Shown in pieces: positions 27,964 to 36,543 of a stretch of 58,210 bases of DNA. The position numbers and the translations under genes were made by a program. The stretch lies in the IMG/VR virus record IMGVR_UViG_3300007735_000763, positions 1 through 58,210 of that record; one strand, written 5' to 3'. Under the pieces are notes generated by a model. That model made no database searches, was not told the DNA's origin, and saw only the letters and a program-made list of their open reading frames with translations. Every line of letters begins with the position of its first letter. Position 1 is the stretch's first letter. The stretch is from a virus (taxonomy: Duplodnaviria; Caudoviricetes).

Positions 27964-28298
27964 CCAAAGTAGACATTGCAGACCGCGTTCGTATCCGAGC
28001 GATGAAGGCTTGCACTAGTGGTGACATGGAACTGTTTAACCTACTAGTGGAAGTGCTTAATCGGTTTGAATCGACTAACCGTTTCTATGGCACACCTTTA
28101 ACAGCACTTGGCTTGACCGTGCGTACGCATAACATTTTGGAACGAGACGGCGTGTACAGCGTCGAACAGTTGAAGGAGGTATCAAAAATAGATCTTTTGA
28201 GGATGCCGAGAATGGGCAAGAAAGGTTTACGCGAAGTTGAAGATGCCTTGCAGTGTTGGAACAACGCAAACCAATCTGAACAGGAGCAACCGCGATGA
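27960..28298 (+). CDS. RNA polymerase alpha-CTD-like protein
   Basis: PLTALGLTVRTHNILERDGVYSVEQL...DLLRMPRMGKKGLREVEDAL matches the alphaCTD pattern. Confidence 0.8.
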   Translation: MTKVDIADRVRIRAMKACTSGDMELFNLLVEVLNRFESTNRFYGTPLTALGLTVRTHNILERDGVYSVEQLKEVSKIDLLRMPRMGKKGLREVEDALQCWNNANQSEQEQPR

Positions 28299-28399
28299 CC
28301 CGCGACGACATTGATTTTCACGCGTTGATGATTGCTGCAACGTTAATGTTAGTTGTGGCTGTAGTCTCGTTTCTTGCCGCATTGCTGGTGATGCCATGA
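28295..28399 (+). CDS. 34-aa single-TM peptide (not in ORF track)
   Basis: AGGAG SD; MTRDDIDFHALMIAATLMLVVAVVSFLAALLVMP; ATGA coupling both ends. Confidence 0.55.
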   Translation: MTRDDIDFHALMIAATLMLVVAVVSFLAALLVMP

Positions 28400-28698
28400 C
28401 CCGCGACGACATTATCCGCATGGCGCGAGAAGCAAACTGCACAACGCCGGGACAAGTACTTCAATTCACGATAGAAGAACTTAAACGCTTCGCCGCCTTT
28501 GTTGCCGCCGCCGAGCGAGAAAAACTTACGCAGGCCGCAATGTCAGCAGCGGAGATAGCCATTGATAAGGCTATTGAGTTGGAGCGAGAGGCGTGTGCGA
28601 AGGTGTGTGAATCAGAAGCCGCAAAACTTAGTCAATCACGCGATGCACTTGCAATTGGAATCTGCGCCGCCGCGATTCGGGCGAGGGGTGAGACATGA
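28396..28698 (+). CDS. small phage protein, paralog of 27712..27963
   Basis: RFAAFVAAAERE, EREACAKVCE, CAAAIRARGE. Confidence 0.7.
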   Translation: MTRDDIIRMAREANCTTPGQVLQFTIEELKRFAAFVAAAEREKLTQAAMSAAEIAIDKAIELEREACAKVCESEAAKLSQSRDALAIGICAAAIRARGET

Positions 28699-28916
28699 AG
28701 ACCATTATCCACGTGAACCAACACGCCATCCGCAAGAACATCAAAGCCGATAAGCGCGAGCCGGTGCTCACGGTCAAAACCTATAAGTCCAACACCTACG
28801 CCCATGAGGTCGCGCTACACGGGCCGTCCAAGGTCGTCTATTCGCCCGATAAGCCGCTCTCCTGCGGCGCCAGGGTTTGGATTGAGACCGAAGATAAAGT
28901 GGAGATCATCCGATGA
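28695..28916 (+). CDS. conserved hypothetical phage protein
   Basis: IHVNQH.I..N...KPLSCGARVWIET motif. Confidence 0.75.
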   Translation: MKTIIHVNQHAIRKNIKADKREPVLTVKTYKSNTYAHEVALHGPSKVVYSPDKPLSCGARVWIETEDKVEIIR

Positions 28917-29239
28917 GCCGCAAAGCTGTACTCGAGCGCACGCTCGGCAAGAAAGCCGCCAAGAAATTCTTGCCGGCACCCAAGAAACAAGTCGCTACTC
29001 CCGTCACTCTGGAAGTGGACTGCGACCTCGTTGAACAGGTCGTCGTCCAGGAACTCATCGGCCTTCACACTTCGCTCTCGCGCGACCTTAAGGATCGCAA
29101 AGGGGGCAAGAAGATCGCCGTCTTTGATCGCGACAAAAATATCGACATCGCAACTCTCAACGGCCACCTCTTCGCCGTGGAGACCGTGCTCAAGTACTAC
29201 ACGACGCCTGCGCAGCTCAAGGAATACGGTTTCAAGTAA
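28913..29239 (+). CDS. hypothetical protein
   Basis: GGAG SD; ATGA overlap. Confidence 0.65.
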   Translation: MSRKAVLERTLGKKAAKKFLPAPKKQVATPVTLEVDCDLVEQVVVQELIGLHTSLSRDLKDRKGGKKIAVFDRDKNIDIATLNGHLFAVETVLKYYTTPAQLKEYGFK

Positions 29240-29266
29240 TGCTCCGGGCCGCTAGAATCGCGGCCC

Positions 29267-29692
29267 ATGAAGGTCGTCTGTGAAAAGGTCGACCCTTCAA
29301 ACCCGGAAGTCGAAGAGACTCTCATCGAGCTGCAACGGGCTTGTCTGCCGCACGATGCTTTGTACTTCCCGGAAGAGGGGGTTTGGTGGATCGCGTACCA
29401 CCGGCGTACACCGGTCGCGTTCGCTTGTCTTGTCCCATCCCAGCAGATCGCCGATGCCGTCTATCTCAGCCGATCCGGGGTCACCCCGCTCGCTCGAGGC
29501 GGCGGCATCCAACGTCGCCTTATCCGCGTACGCCTCATCTGGGCTAAACGGCAGGGCTACAACTGGGCGGTGTCAGACACCACGGATAACGAACCAAGCG
29601 CCAATAACCTCATCGCGTGTGGCTTCAAGCTCTACACGCCGCCTCTCCCCTATTCTTTTGCACGAGCCCTGTATTGGAAAAGAAAACTCTAA
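29267..29692 (+). CDS. GNAT-family acetyltransferase
   Basis: V.P.ARGGGIQRRLI (motif A) and N.PSANNLIACGF (motif B). Confidence 0.85.
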   Translation: MKVVCEKVDPSNPEVEETLIELQRACLPHDALYFPEEGVWWIAYHRRTPVAFACLVPSQQIADAVYLSRSGVTPLARGGGIQRRLIRVRLIWAKRQGYNWAVSDTTDNEPSANNLIACGFKLYTPPLPYSFARALYWKRKL

Positions 29693-30079
29693 ATGCCGTT
29701 CAAGGACGCCAAGGTCCGCAAAGAACGGCAGCGAGAGTATTCGCGGCGCTGGTATCTCTCTAACCAGACCAAGGCCCGCGCGGCCATCAGCCGCCGCAAG
29801 AGACAAGAGAAAGAACGCTGGGAGACCTACCGCGCGCAACACGCCTGCGCCCACTGTGGCTTCTCGCACCCTGCGGTAATCGACTTTCACCATGTCATTC
29901 GCACCAACAAACAATCCGTCAATGACCTCGCCACTCGCCAGGGCAACGTCTCCGCCGCGATCCGCGAGGCGTCAGAGAAATGCATCCCCCTCTGCTCGAA
30001 CTGCCACCGGATATTGCATTGGCGGGAACGGGAGCGTATAAAGCTCGAGAGAAAGAAGAAAGTCAGGAGAAAAAAATGA
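29693..30079 (+). CDS. HNH endonuclease-like protein
   Basis: CAHCG...IDFHH...KC.PLCSNCHRILH. Confidence 0.8.
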   Translation: MPFKDAKVRKERQREYSRRWYLSNQTKARAAISRRKRQEKERWETYRAQHACAHCGFSHPAVIDFHHVIRTNKQSVNDLATRQGNVSAAIREASEKCIPLCSNCHRILHWRERERIKLERKKKVRRKK

Positions 30080-30225
30080 CCGGAAGTTGGCTACTGTTGA
30101 TTTTGTTGATTGGACTTGGTATAAGTTTGTACTTCTGCTACCGGCGAAAGCCCCAGGACCCCGGATGGCGTAACGTGCCGCCCCCGAACTGGAGATGTCG
30201 CCGAGGCGGAAAAGATTATTTGTAA
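30076..30225 (+). CDS. small membrane protein
   Basis: AGGAG SD; N-terminal TM helix. Confidence 0.55.
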   Translation: MTGSWLLLILLIGLGISLYFCYRRKPQDPGWRNVPPPNWRCRRGGKDYL

Positions 30226-30243
30226 CCTAGAAAGGAGATTGAT

Positions 30244-30462
30244 ATGGATAGTTTTGAGAAAGGCCTTTTGGCCATTGCTGCTGTCATTCTGGCGCTGTTT
30301 CTGATGGTGTTTGTGCTAAATGCCTACGACGGGCACCTCCGCGCCCAGGTGCTTAAAAATGCCGAGGACCCGCTCTACGCGGCCTGCGCCTACGACTCCG
30401 CTAAGGATCGTGTCCCCTCCTCGTGCTTCGCCCTCCTCACCCAGAACAAGGAATTGCCCTAA
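30244..30462 (+). CDS. small membrane protein
   Basis: AAGGAG SD; N-terminal TM helix. Confidence 0.65.
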   Translation: MDSFEKGLLAIAAVILALFLMVFVLNAYDGHLRAQVLKNAEDPLYAACAYDSAKDRVPSSCFALLTQNKELP

Positions 30463-30947
30463 TGAAAAAGTTCAAAAAGCCCCAAGCCCAAAAGGCCTAC
30501 CAACACTTCCTCGATAACCCAGGCGCCAAGCCCATGAAGGTTGCCAAACGCTTCAAGCTCTCCGCCCCCTACGCCTACAAGCTCCGGGACAAAGCCGCCG
30601 GCAACAACCCCGCCAAGAAGATCCAACGGCCGGCACCGGTCAAGACCGTCTCGATCGAGGAGATCTTCGCCCCCGCGTCACTCGAAACGACCCTCGGCTC
30701 ACGGGGCAAGGTCTACGGCTCGTTCCGCGACAACGCCTGTCTCGCCCAGGCCCTCAAACGGTCGATGGCGGATCACGCCCAGGATCTCGGCAAGACCTTC
30801 GCCGATGACCAATGGGAAGCCCTGGAGATGATCTCCACCAAGATCTCCCGGATCGTGACAGGAGATGCCGATAACATCGACCAATGGCACGACATCGCCG
30901 GCTACGCGACGCTCATCGCCGATCGGCTCCGAGGACTCGTCAGATGA
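30462..30947 (+). CDS. DUF6378-like protein with basic N-terminal extension
   Basis: TL..RG..YG.F...EALEMI..KISRI..GD....D.WHDIAGYATL. Confidence 0.75.
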   Translation: MKKFKKPQAQKAYQHFLDNPGAKPMKVAKRFKLSAPYAYKLRDKAAGNNPAKKIQRPAPVKTVSIEEIFAPASLETTLGSRGKVYGSFRDNACLAQALKRSMADHAQDLGKTFADDQWEALEMISTKISRIVTGDADNIDQWHDIAGYATLIADRLRGLVR

Positions 30948-31183
30948 TGCGCCCGGCCATCAACTCCACGGACGATCCCCCTGTGCCGATCACAGACGTC
31001 CTCCTGCGCGAATACGTCTACGCCCTGCGTAGACGTATCGAGGTGGGGCAGGACCTCCTAGAGTCCCTCGTGGAGGATATACGGCGGCTTAAACAGGAAC
31101 GGGACGGTCTACAGAACCAACTCGAACGGGTGCTCGTCGATTTGCATTGGTACGAATCCAAGCGCAAGATGGACCCCGCATGA
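30944..31183 (+). CDS. coiled-coil hypothetical protein
   Basis: GAGG SD; ATGA coupling. Confidence 0.6.
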   Translation: MMRPAINSTDDPPVPITDVLLREYVYALRRRIEVGQDLLESLVEDIRRLKQERDGLQNQLERVLVDLHWYESKRKMDPA

Positions 31184-31422
31184 GCCAGTTCTCCATGATG
31201 AACATCTCGACCCTCAAGGACGAACCCCTCGTCCAGATGATCGTCGTCACGATCAACGGGACCCGCTACGCCCTCGTCGGGCCCGTGGTCCACGTGCCAG
31301 GACTCATCGAGAACGAACTCGATGTCTCCGAGATCGAGTTCGGCGAGATCATGACCGCCTGCGCCGCAGCCCGGATGCTCGAGGGCGACTTCCAAGAGCT
31401 GATGGGGGTCGATGTTCAATAG
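31180..31422 (+). CDS. hypothetical protein
   Basis: ATGA coupling; last gene before terminator. Confidence 0.6.
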   Translation: MSQFSMMNISTLKDEPLVQMIVVTINGTRYALVGPVVHVPGLIENELDVSEIEFGEIMTACAAARMLEGDFQELMGVDVQ

Positions 31423-31477
31423 GCTTGCGTGGCCTCTCCCTAGGAATCGCTAGTACCTCTACGATCACGTGCCACGG

Positions 31478-31509
31478 ACCCCACCGGTGATGAGCCGGTG
31501 GGGTTTTTT
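31478..31509 (+). terminator. Rho-independent terminator
   Basis: ACCCCACCGG-loop-CCGGTGGGGT followed by T run. Confidence 0.85.
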
Positions 31510-31612
31510 ATTGCGGTGGGGAGGCGGCGGGGATGGGGGTGGAGGGGTCGAGGACCATGGATCAAGGGCCAAAGTGACCGCATCGTGGCCAAAAGGGGCG
31601 TTTTGGGCGGTC

Positions 31613-31824
31613 TATATAGATCTTTTTAGGGTCTAATGATTTTTTTATGAAAATTTTAAAATTTGGTGTATTAGACGTAATAGGAGTAATAAGTTAATAG
31701 AAACAATAAGTTATGTACTGTACAGTACCATTACAGTACTTCAGTAGTGAAATTGATATAAAAATCGCGCGAGAACTTTTTTTTTGAAAAAAAAAAAACA
31801 TTAGACCCTAAAAAAGTCTATATA
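31613..31824. other. putative replication origin: AT-rich core flanked by 26-bp inverted repeats
   Basis: Arms 31613-31638 and 31799-31824 (24/26 match); near-central palindrome GTACTGTACAGTAC 31715-31728; apparent GC-skew switch. Confidence 0.65.
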
Positions 31825-31879
31825 AAACGCCAAAAACGACTCCTTGGCAGGAGTAGTTGCCCTGTTGTAGAGTGGCAGC

Positions 31880-32095
31880 ATGTTGCACGTTGAATCCACC
31901 GTCCCCCTGCCAGACGACCGTCCCCGGTTGAAGTACCCCTTTGACGATATGCAGGTGGGGGATAGCTTCCTGATTACCGAGGCAGGCATGGTCAAGAACG
32001 CCCGTTCGGCGGCCTGGATGTACTCCAAGCGTCATGGGATGAAATTCTCCTGTCGGAAGGTGGACGGCGGCTGGCGCGTCTGGAGGACGGCGTGA
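31880..32095 (+). CDS. small putative DNA-binding protein
   Basis: KYPFDDMQVGDSF...G.RVWR motif; TTGGCA-18-TAGAGT just upstream. Confidence 0.75.
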   Translation: MLHVESTVPLPDDRPRLKYPFDDMQVGDSFLITEAGMVKNARSAAWMYSKRHGMKFSCRKVDGGWRVWRTA

Positions 32096-32787
32096 GCGGC
32101 AAGAAGGAAGACGCCTTCATGGCCAAGGTCGGCCGTGGGATTCCCAAGACGACCCTCGACAAGATCAACCAGCCCGTCCCAGCAAGGAGCGGGAACGGCA
32201 CTAAGTCCAAGAGGCGTGACCAACCGTTGACGACGCAAGAGTGGAAGTTCGTCAACGAGTTCGTCGCTGGGGACGGCCATGTCACCGCCAAGGAGGCAGC
32301 CCTGCGGGCGGGCTACCCTGAGAAGAAGATCAAGTACTACGCCGAAACGCTGACCAACCCAGACATGAATCCGCATATCGTGGCGGAGATCCAGAAGCTG
32401 CGGGCGGAGTTCGCCGAAAAGTACGGCACAACCTACGAGCGGCACATGAGGGACTTGCAGCTCATCCGCGACCAGGCCCTGGCTGCGGGAGCCTACGGCG
32501 CCGCCGTCCAGGCTGAGTACCGTCGAGGGCAGGCCCTGGGAACGATCTACATCGACCGCAAGGAGATCCGCCACGGCACGATCGACTCCATGAGCAAGGA
32601 GGAGGTCATGCGCAAGCTCGAGGAGATTAAGAAACTGTACGGTGCGGGAGGCGGCCCGATCATTGACATAACACCGCGACAGGTCGAGGAAAGCCTGACG
32701 GAGGAAAAAGATGCCAGCGAAGCCCGAGACGAACCTGTACAACAGGCTGAAGGACAACCTATCAGGCTGCCTTATTACCCGGATTGA
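32092..32787 (+). CDS. terS: terminase small subunit
   Basis: LT.QEWKFVNEFV...EAALRAGY HTH; AAVQAE..RGQALG..YIDRKEI. Confidence 0.75.
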   Translation: MSGKKEDAFMAKVGRGIPKTTLDKINQPVPARSGNGTKSKRRDQPLTTQEWKFVNEFVAGDGHVTAKEAALRAGYPEKKIKYYAETLTNPDMNPHIVAEIQKLRAEFAEKYGTTYERHMRDLQLIRDQALAAGAYGAAVQAEYRRGQALGTIYIDRKEIRHGTIDSMSKEEVMRKLEEIKKLYGAGGGPIIDITPRQVEESLTEEKDASEARDEPVQQAEGQPIRLPYYPD

Positions 32788-33127
32788 GTCGCGGGTAAAC
32801 CTCGGCATCCCAGACTGCTTCTTGGCGTTCCGTAACGGCGAGTTCATCCCACTTGAGCTGAAGGTCGTCAAGCACGGACGCAAGGTGCGTCTGTCCCCGC
32901 ATCAGGTCGCGTATCACTTGCGGCACGCACAGAACGGCAACCGCACTTTTATTTTGGTTGAATACAAACCGCCGCGAACGATCAAGGAAGATCCACGTCT
33001 GATGCTCTTTCGTGGTTCGCAGGCGATGGAGCTCTTGCAGTCGGGCATCGACACAACCCCGGTCATCTCCTGGCACGCCCAGGCGGTGATGTGGCGAATT
33101 TTAGAAATGGAGCTTGAACAGGCGTAG
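32711..33127 (+). CDS. Holliday junction resolvase / VRR-NUC-like nuclease
   Basis: E...RIE....GIPD...LELK....LSPHQ. Confidence 0.8.
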   Translation: MPAKPETNLYNRLKDNLSGCLITRIESRVNLGIPDCFLAFRNGEFIPLELKVVKHGRKVRLSPHQVAYHLRHAQNGNRTFILVEYKPPRTIKEDPRLMLFRGSQAMELLQSGIDTTPVISWHAQAVMWRILEMELEQA

Positions 33128-33183
33128 CGGACTGGGATAGAGTCGATCGGCTACGCCAATTTAAACCTAGAAAGGAGACTGAC

Positions 33184-33438
33184 GTGAAAGTTACATTTGT
33201 GGTTTACAACCATACAAACAATTCGATAAGTCTGGTAAAGAGTCAGGTCAAGGGCAATAAACCTACTGACGCAGAATGGGAACGCGCCGCACAGAGTGCA
33301 AAGGATGCGATCGCAGAGAAAGAGGATAAGAAACTCTCTGCCTGGGTAGGTAAGCTTTATCGCGGAACGTACTCGATCTCAACCGTGTTCAAAGGATGGG
33401 TGGACTTTGAGGATCGCGCCCCTGTTGACTTGGGGTAG
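33184..33438 (+). CDS. hypothetical early protein
   Basis: AAGGAG SD; TTGAAC-18-TAGAGT upstream (33114-33143). Confidence 0.65.
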   Translation: MKVTFVVYNHTNNSISLVKSQVKGNKPTDAEWERAAQSAKDAIAEKEDKKLSAWVGKLYRGTYSISTVFKGWVDFEDRAPVDLG

Positions 33439-33442
33439 CAGC

Positions 33443-33646
33443 ATGAACATCAAACTAATGAAGTTGCCGCCTCGCAAAAAGCTTTGGGGGTGGGACTACA
33501 ACAAGAACCGTGAACTACAGATGACGGGGAAGGAATGGCACGAATATGCCCGCCGCCCTGAATTGAAGACTGAAAGGGGCGGCGACTCCGCTTTCGGCGG
33601 AGGGGTCGAGGTATGGCTCGATGGAAAAAACGTGAATCGACGTTGA
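33443..33646 (+). CDS. hypothetical protein
   Basis: ATG 4 nt after previous stop; GGGG SD-like. Confidence 0.55.
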   Translation: MNIKLMKLPPRKKLWGWDYNKNRELQMTGKEWHEYARRPELKTERGGDSAFGGGVEVWLDGKNVNRR

Positions 33647-33753
33647 TCCCGCCGCCGCACCCGCCAAAACCGCCCGATGAGGTCAAGCAGTTTAGGAAAA
33701 CGATCTGGCGGTTGTTGTGGTTCGTGATCGTTCATCAAATATTCGGGAGGTGA
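33613..33753 (+). CDS. 46-aa protein with C-terminal hydrophobic helix (not in ORF track)
   Basis: GAGG SD; MARWKKRESTLIPPPHPPKPPDEVKQFRKTIWRLLWFVIVHQIFGR. Confidence 0.4.
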   Translation: MARWKKRESTLIPPPHPPKPPDEVKQFRKTIWRLLWFVIVHQIFGR

Positions 33754-33832
33754 CTTGTCTTTTACTTTGTTTAGGTTCAGTATCCGATTCACCGGGGCAT
33801 AATGCCTCTTTTCGAGAAAGGAGAAAGTTAAA

Positions 33833-34930
33833 ATGACTACCTTGAGTCAAGCCTCACAACAATGGGCAAGCCGCCCGCCAGAGGAACGATTCACTAGCCT
33901 TCCCGCCATGCGGGAAGCCCTCGAAGTCCTGCGCGCGAACTCTCGCGCGACGGTTGTCTCGTCTCGTCAGTTGTCTGCGGTGCCGACCGACGACAATCGC
34001 GGGCTGCTGATCGAGGGGCCGACTGGTCACGCCACGACGCCGACTAACTGGTCGTTTGGGCAGCTCGCGAATCTCTCGGGGGCTCCTGCTCATTACCTGC
34101 GAACACTCCCGGCGCCCCTGGCTGCGGATTGTTTGAACTATGGGCTAAAGGTCGAGCGCGATGCGACCGATACGGGCGTTCTGCTTACTCGGCGCGGGGG
34201 CGACGTCATCGAGTTACGCGCTGCAACGGGGCCGCGCTACGGGCGAATTTGGAATGACGAAGTAGTGCGCGCGCTCGAGGATCGTTTCGGCGATGGTGTC
34301 TCGGGAGACTTTCGGGTCCCTGGTATCTTTGGACAGTCGCTCGACCAGGTGACGATCGGGAACACGACGTTATTTGCAGGCGATCGCGATATGTTCGTTT
34401 TCCTCGCCGACGAAAAGAATCGTATCGAGCTGCCGAATCGGCGCGACGGGAAAACAGGCGAGCTCGCTCGCGGGTTCTTCGTCACTAATTCGGAGACGGG
34501 AGCAGGCGCGCTCAAAATTAAGACGTTCCTGTTCGACTATGTTTGCGCGAATCGGATCGTCTGGGGCGCGCATGAGCTCGGGGAGATTTCGATTCGACAT
34601 ACGGCATCCGCTCCCGATCGGTTCCTCGAGGAAGCCGTGCCCGCGCTGCTTGACTACTCGCAGGCTTCCGCCTCGACGGTCTCGAATGTCTTGAAGCGAG
34701 CGCAGGAAGCGAAGCTCTCGAAGGTCGACCAGTTTCTCGCGTCGCGTTTCGGGCCGCGCGTCGCGGATCGGATCAAGGTCGTACATCAGCAGGAAGAAAA
34801 CCGACCGATCGAGACGGTCTGGGATGCCGTGACAGGCGCGACTGCTTACGCGCGCTCGATCCCGTGGACGGATTCGCGGGTCGAGTTCGAAGAGCTCGCA
34901 GGGGATATGCTCGAAGCTGCGGCGGCTTAA
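33833..34930 (+). CDS. DUF932-like protein
   Basis: RGFFVTNSETGAGAL....F..VC.NR...IRH; TVWDAVTGAT motif. Confidence 0.75.
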   Translation: MTTLSQASQQWASRPPEERFTSLPAMREALEVLRANSRATVVSSRQLSAVPTDDNRGLLIEGPTGHATTPTNWSFGQLANLSGAPAHYLRTLPAPLAADCLNYGLKVERDATDTGVLLTRRGGDVIELRAATGPRYGRIWNDEVVRALEDRFGDGVSGDFRVPGIFGQSLDQVTIGNTTLFAGDRDMFVFLADEKNRIELPNRRDGKTGELARGFFVTNSETGAGALKIKTFLFDYVCANRIVWGAHELGEISIRHTASAPDRFLEEAVPALLDYSQASASTVSNVLKRAQEAKLSKVDQFLASRFGPRVADRIKVVHQQEENRPIETVWDAVTGATAYARSIPWTDSRVEFEELAGDMLEAAAA

Positions 34931-34949
34931 CCTGTCCAGGTGCTAATCG

Positions 34950-34985
34950 AAAAGGCCAGGGGCGATCCCTGGCTTTTTCTTTTTT
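34950..34985 (+). terminator. Rho-independent terminator
   Basis: AAAAGGCCAGGG-GCGAT-CCCTGGCTTTTT plus T run. Confidence 0.8.
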
Positions 34986-34993
34986 GCAGGGAG

Positions 34994-35021
34994 TTGCAGC
35001 GGGTCGCGGTTCTGTTAGTAT
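34994..35021 (+). promoter_or_regulatory. sigma70-type promoter with extended -10
   Basis: TTGCAG-16-TAGTAT with TG upstream of -10. Confidence 0.5.
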
Positions 35022-35070
35022 CGGCGGCGGGGCATCCCGCCCCGTAGAAAGTTAGAAAGAGGGAAACACA

Positions 35071-36522
35071 ATGTCGAATATTTTCGAGTTGCCATTCCTG
35101 GCGAGATCGGTAGCTGATTTGCAGCGCGCGGATCGTCTCGCGAATCGGATCGTCGATTGTCTCGCGTCTCTCCAGGATGCGGACGACGATCGCGGTTATC
35201 TCCAGGCCGTTCGATTCTTTGGTCGTATGGTTCGAGCGTCGCTCGATCCCGAGCGCAGCGAGACCTCGCGCCCTTCCGACCTGGCGTTCGTCCAGGACGT
35301 GCTCGAGCGCGCGACCACTCGCGGGTTTTATGCTCCTGCGTTCGCCTACTCGTTTTCGCGAAAGTTGGCATTGGGCCAGGTTGTACGTCGGGTAAACGTC
35401 CAGGATCTAGTCGAGAGTCATTTCGAGAGTGCCGAGGGATCGGATCGGAACGCGATCATCGAGTTATGCGGCGAGCACCACTCGATCATGTTCTGCAATC
35501 ATTGCGACGAGCTGTTCGCCGACCAGGATCTTCAGCGGCGATACGGCGGCGGGTGGGTCTGCTCGAGCTGCCGTGAGGACGTCTTCCAATTCTCCGAGCG
35601 TTATGACGCCTGGGTGCATGATGACTGTGTTCGGGCGGCGCTCGATGAGGACGGAGATCGATGCATCATCGACGAGGACGATTCCGAGTTTCATTTCGAC
35701 GAGGAGCTCGACCAGTATGTGCATGATGATTACGAGCCGCCCTCGAGGTCAGTAATTCGGAACTACCATTCCTCGAAGCCGTTCTTTTCTGTCCGTCGCG
35801 ATACCTGGGTCGAGCAGCATCGGCGCGCCCTGGGAGTGGAGCTCGAGGTCGAGGGGTACTCCATCGATCCCGTCATCGCTGCGCGCGCGATCCACGATCA
35901 CGTCAACGGCGGCGAGTTCGGTCGTAATCTGTTCTTCGAGCGCGACGGCAGTTTGTCCAACGGGTTCGAGTTGATCTCGCAGCCTATGAGCGTGCCGGCG
36001 TTGCGCGAGACGTTCCAGTTCTTGCGTCAGCCTTCCCTGGTTCGAGGTCTCCGCAGTCATCGCACGACGACGTGCGGCCTCCATGTTCACGTCACCAGGG
36101 CGGGGCTCTCGAACCTCACGATCGCCAGGGCGGTGACGTTCGTAAACGATTCGGGGAATGATGCCTTCATCCAGGCATTGGCTCGACGTTACAACACGGG
36201 TTTCTGCAACATCCGAGATAAGGAGCTCGAGACCGCTCACCTGCCAGGGGATCGATACGAGGCGATCAATCTCACGGGGAGCGAGACGATCGAGTTCCGA
36301 ATCTTTCGCGGTTCGCTCAAGTATGAGGCCGTGATTGCTGCGATCGAGTTTTGTCATGCCCTGCTTGACTACTGCGCGCGACCGGAGACGGCGGCGGGGG
36401 GCTTGAATGCTCAAGCGTTTATTCGTTGGTGCGCGAACCATTTGGCCGACGAGACGGCGATCCTGCGGTCGTATGTGAACGATCGCATGGCAGGCCTGTT
36501 CCAACATTCTGAAGCGGCCTAA
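35071..36522 (+). CDS. putative amidoligase (COOH-NH2 ligase) with zinc-finger N-terminal region
   Basis: GVELEVE, DGSL..GFELISQP, CGLHVHV, RYEAIN, TIEFRIF. Confidence 0.88.
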   Translation: MSNIFELPFLARSVADLQRADRLANRIVDCLASLQDADDDRGYLQAVRFFGRMVRASLDPERSETSRPSDLAFVQDVLERATTRGFYAPAFAYSFSRKLALGQVVRRVNVQDLVESHFESAEGSDRNAIIELCGEHHSIMFCNHCDELFADQDLQRRYGGGWVCSSCREDVFQFSERYDAWVHDDCVRAALDEDGDRCIIDEDDSEFHFDEELDQYVHDDYEPPSRSVIRNYHSSKPFFSVRRDTWVEQHRRALGVELEVEGYSIDPVIAARAIHDHVNGGEFGRNLFFERDGSLSNGFELISQPMSVPALRETFQFLRQPSLVRGLRSHRTTTCGLHVHVTRAGLSNLTIARAVTFVNDSGNDAFIQALARRYNTGFCNIRDKELETAHLPGDRYEAINLTGSETIEFRIFRGSLKYEAVIAAIEFCHALLDYCARPETAAGGLNAQAFIRWCANHLADETAILRSYVNDRMAGLFQHSEAA

Positions 36523-36543
36523 CAGGGCCAGGGAGTTCTGACT

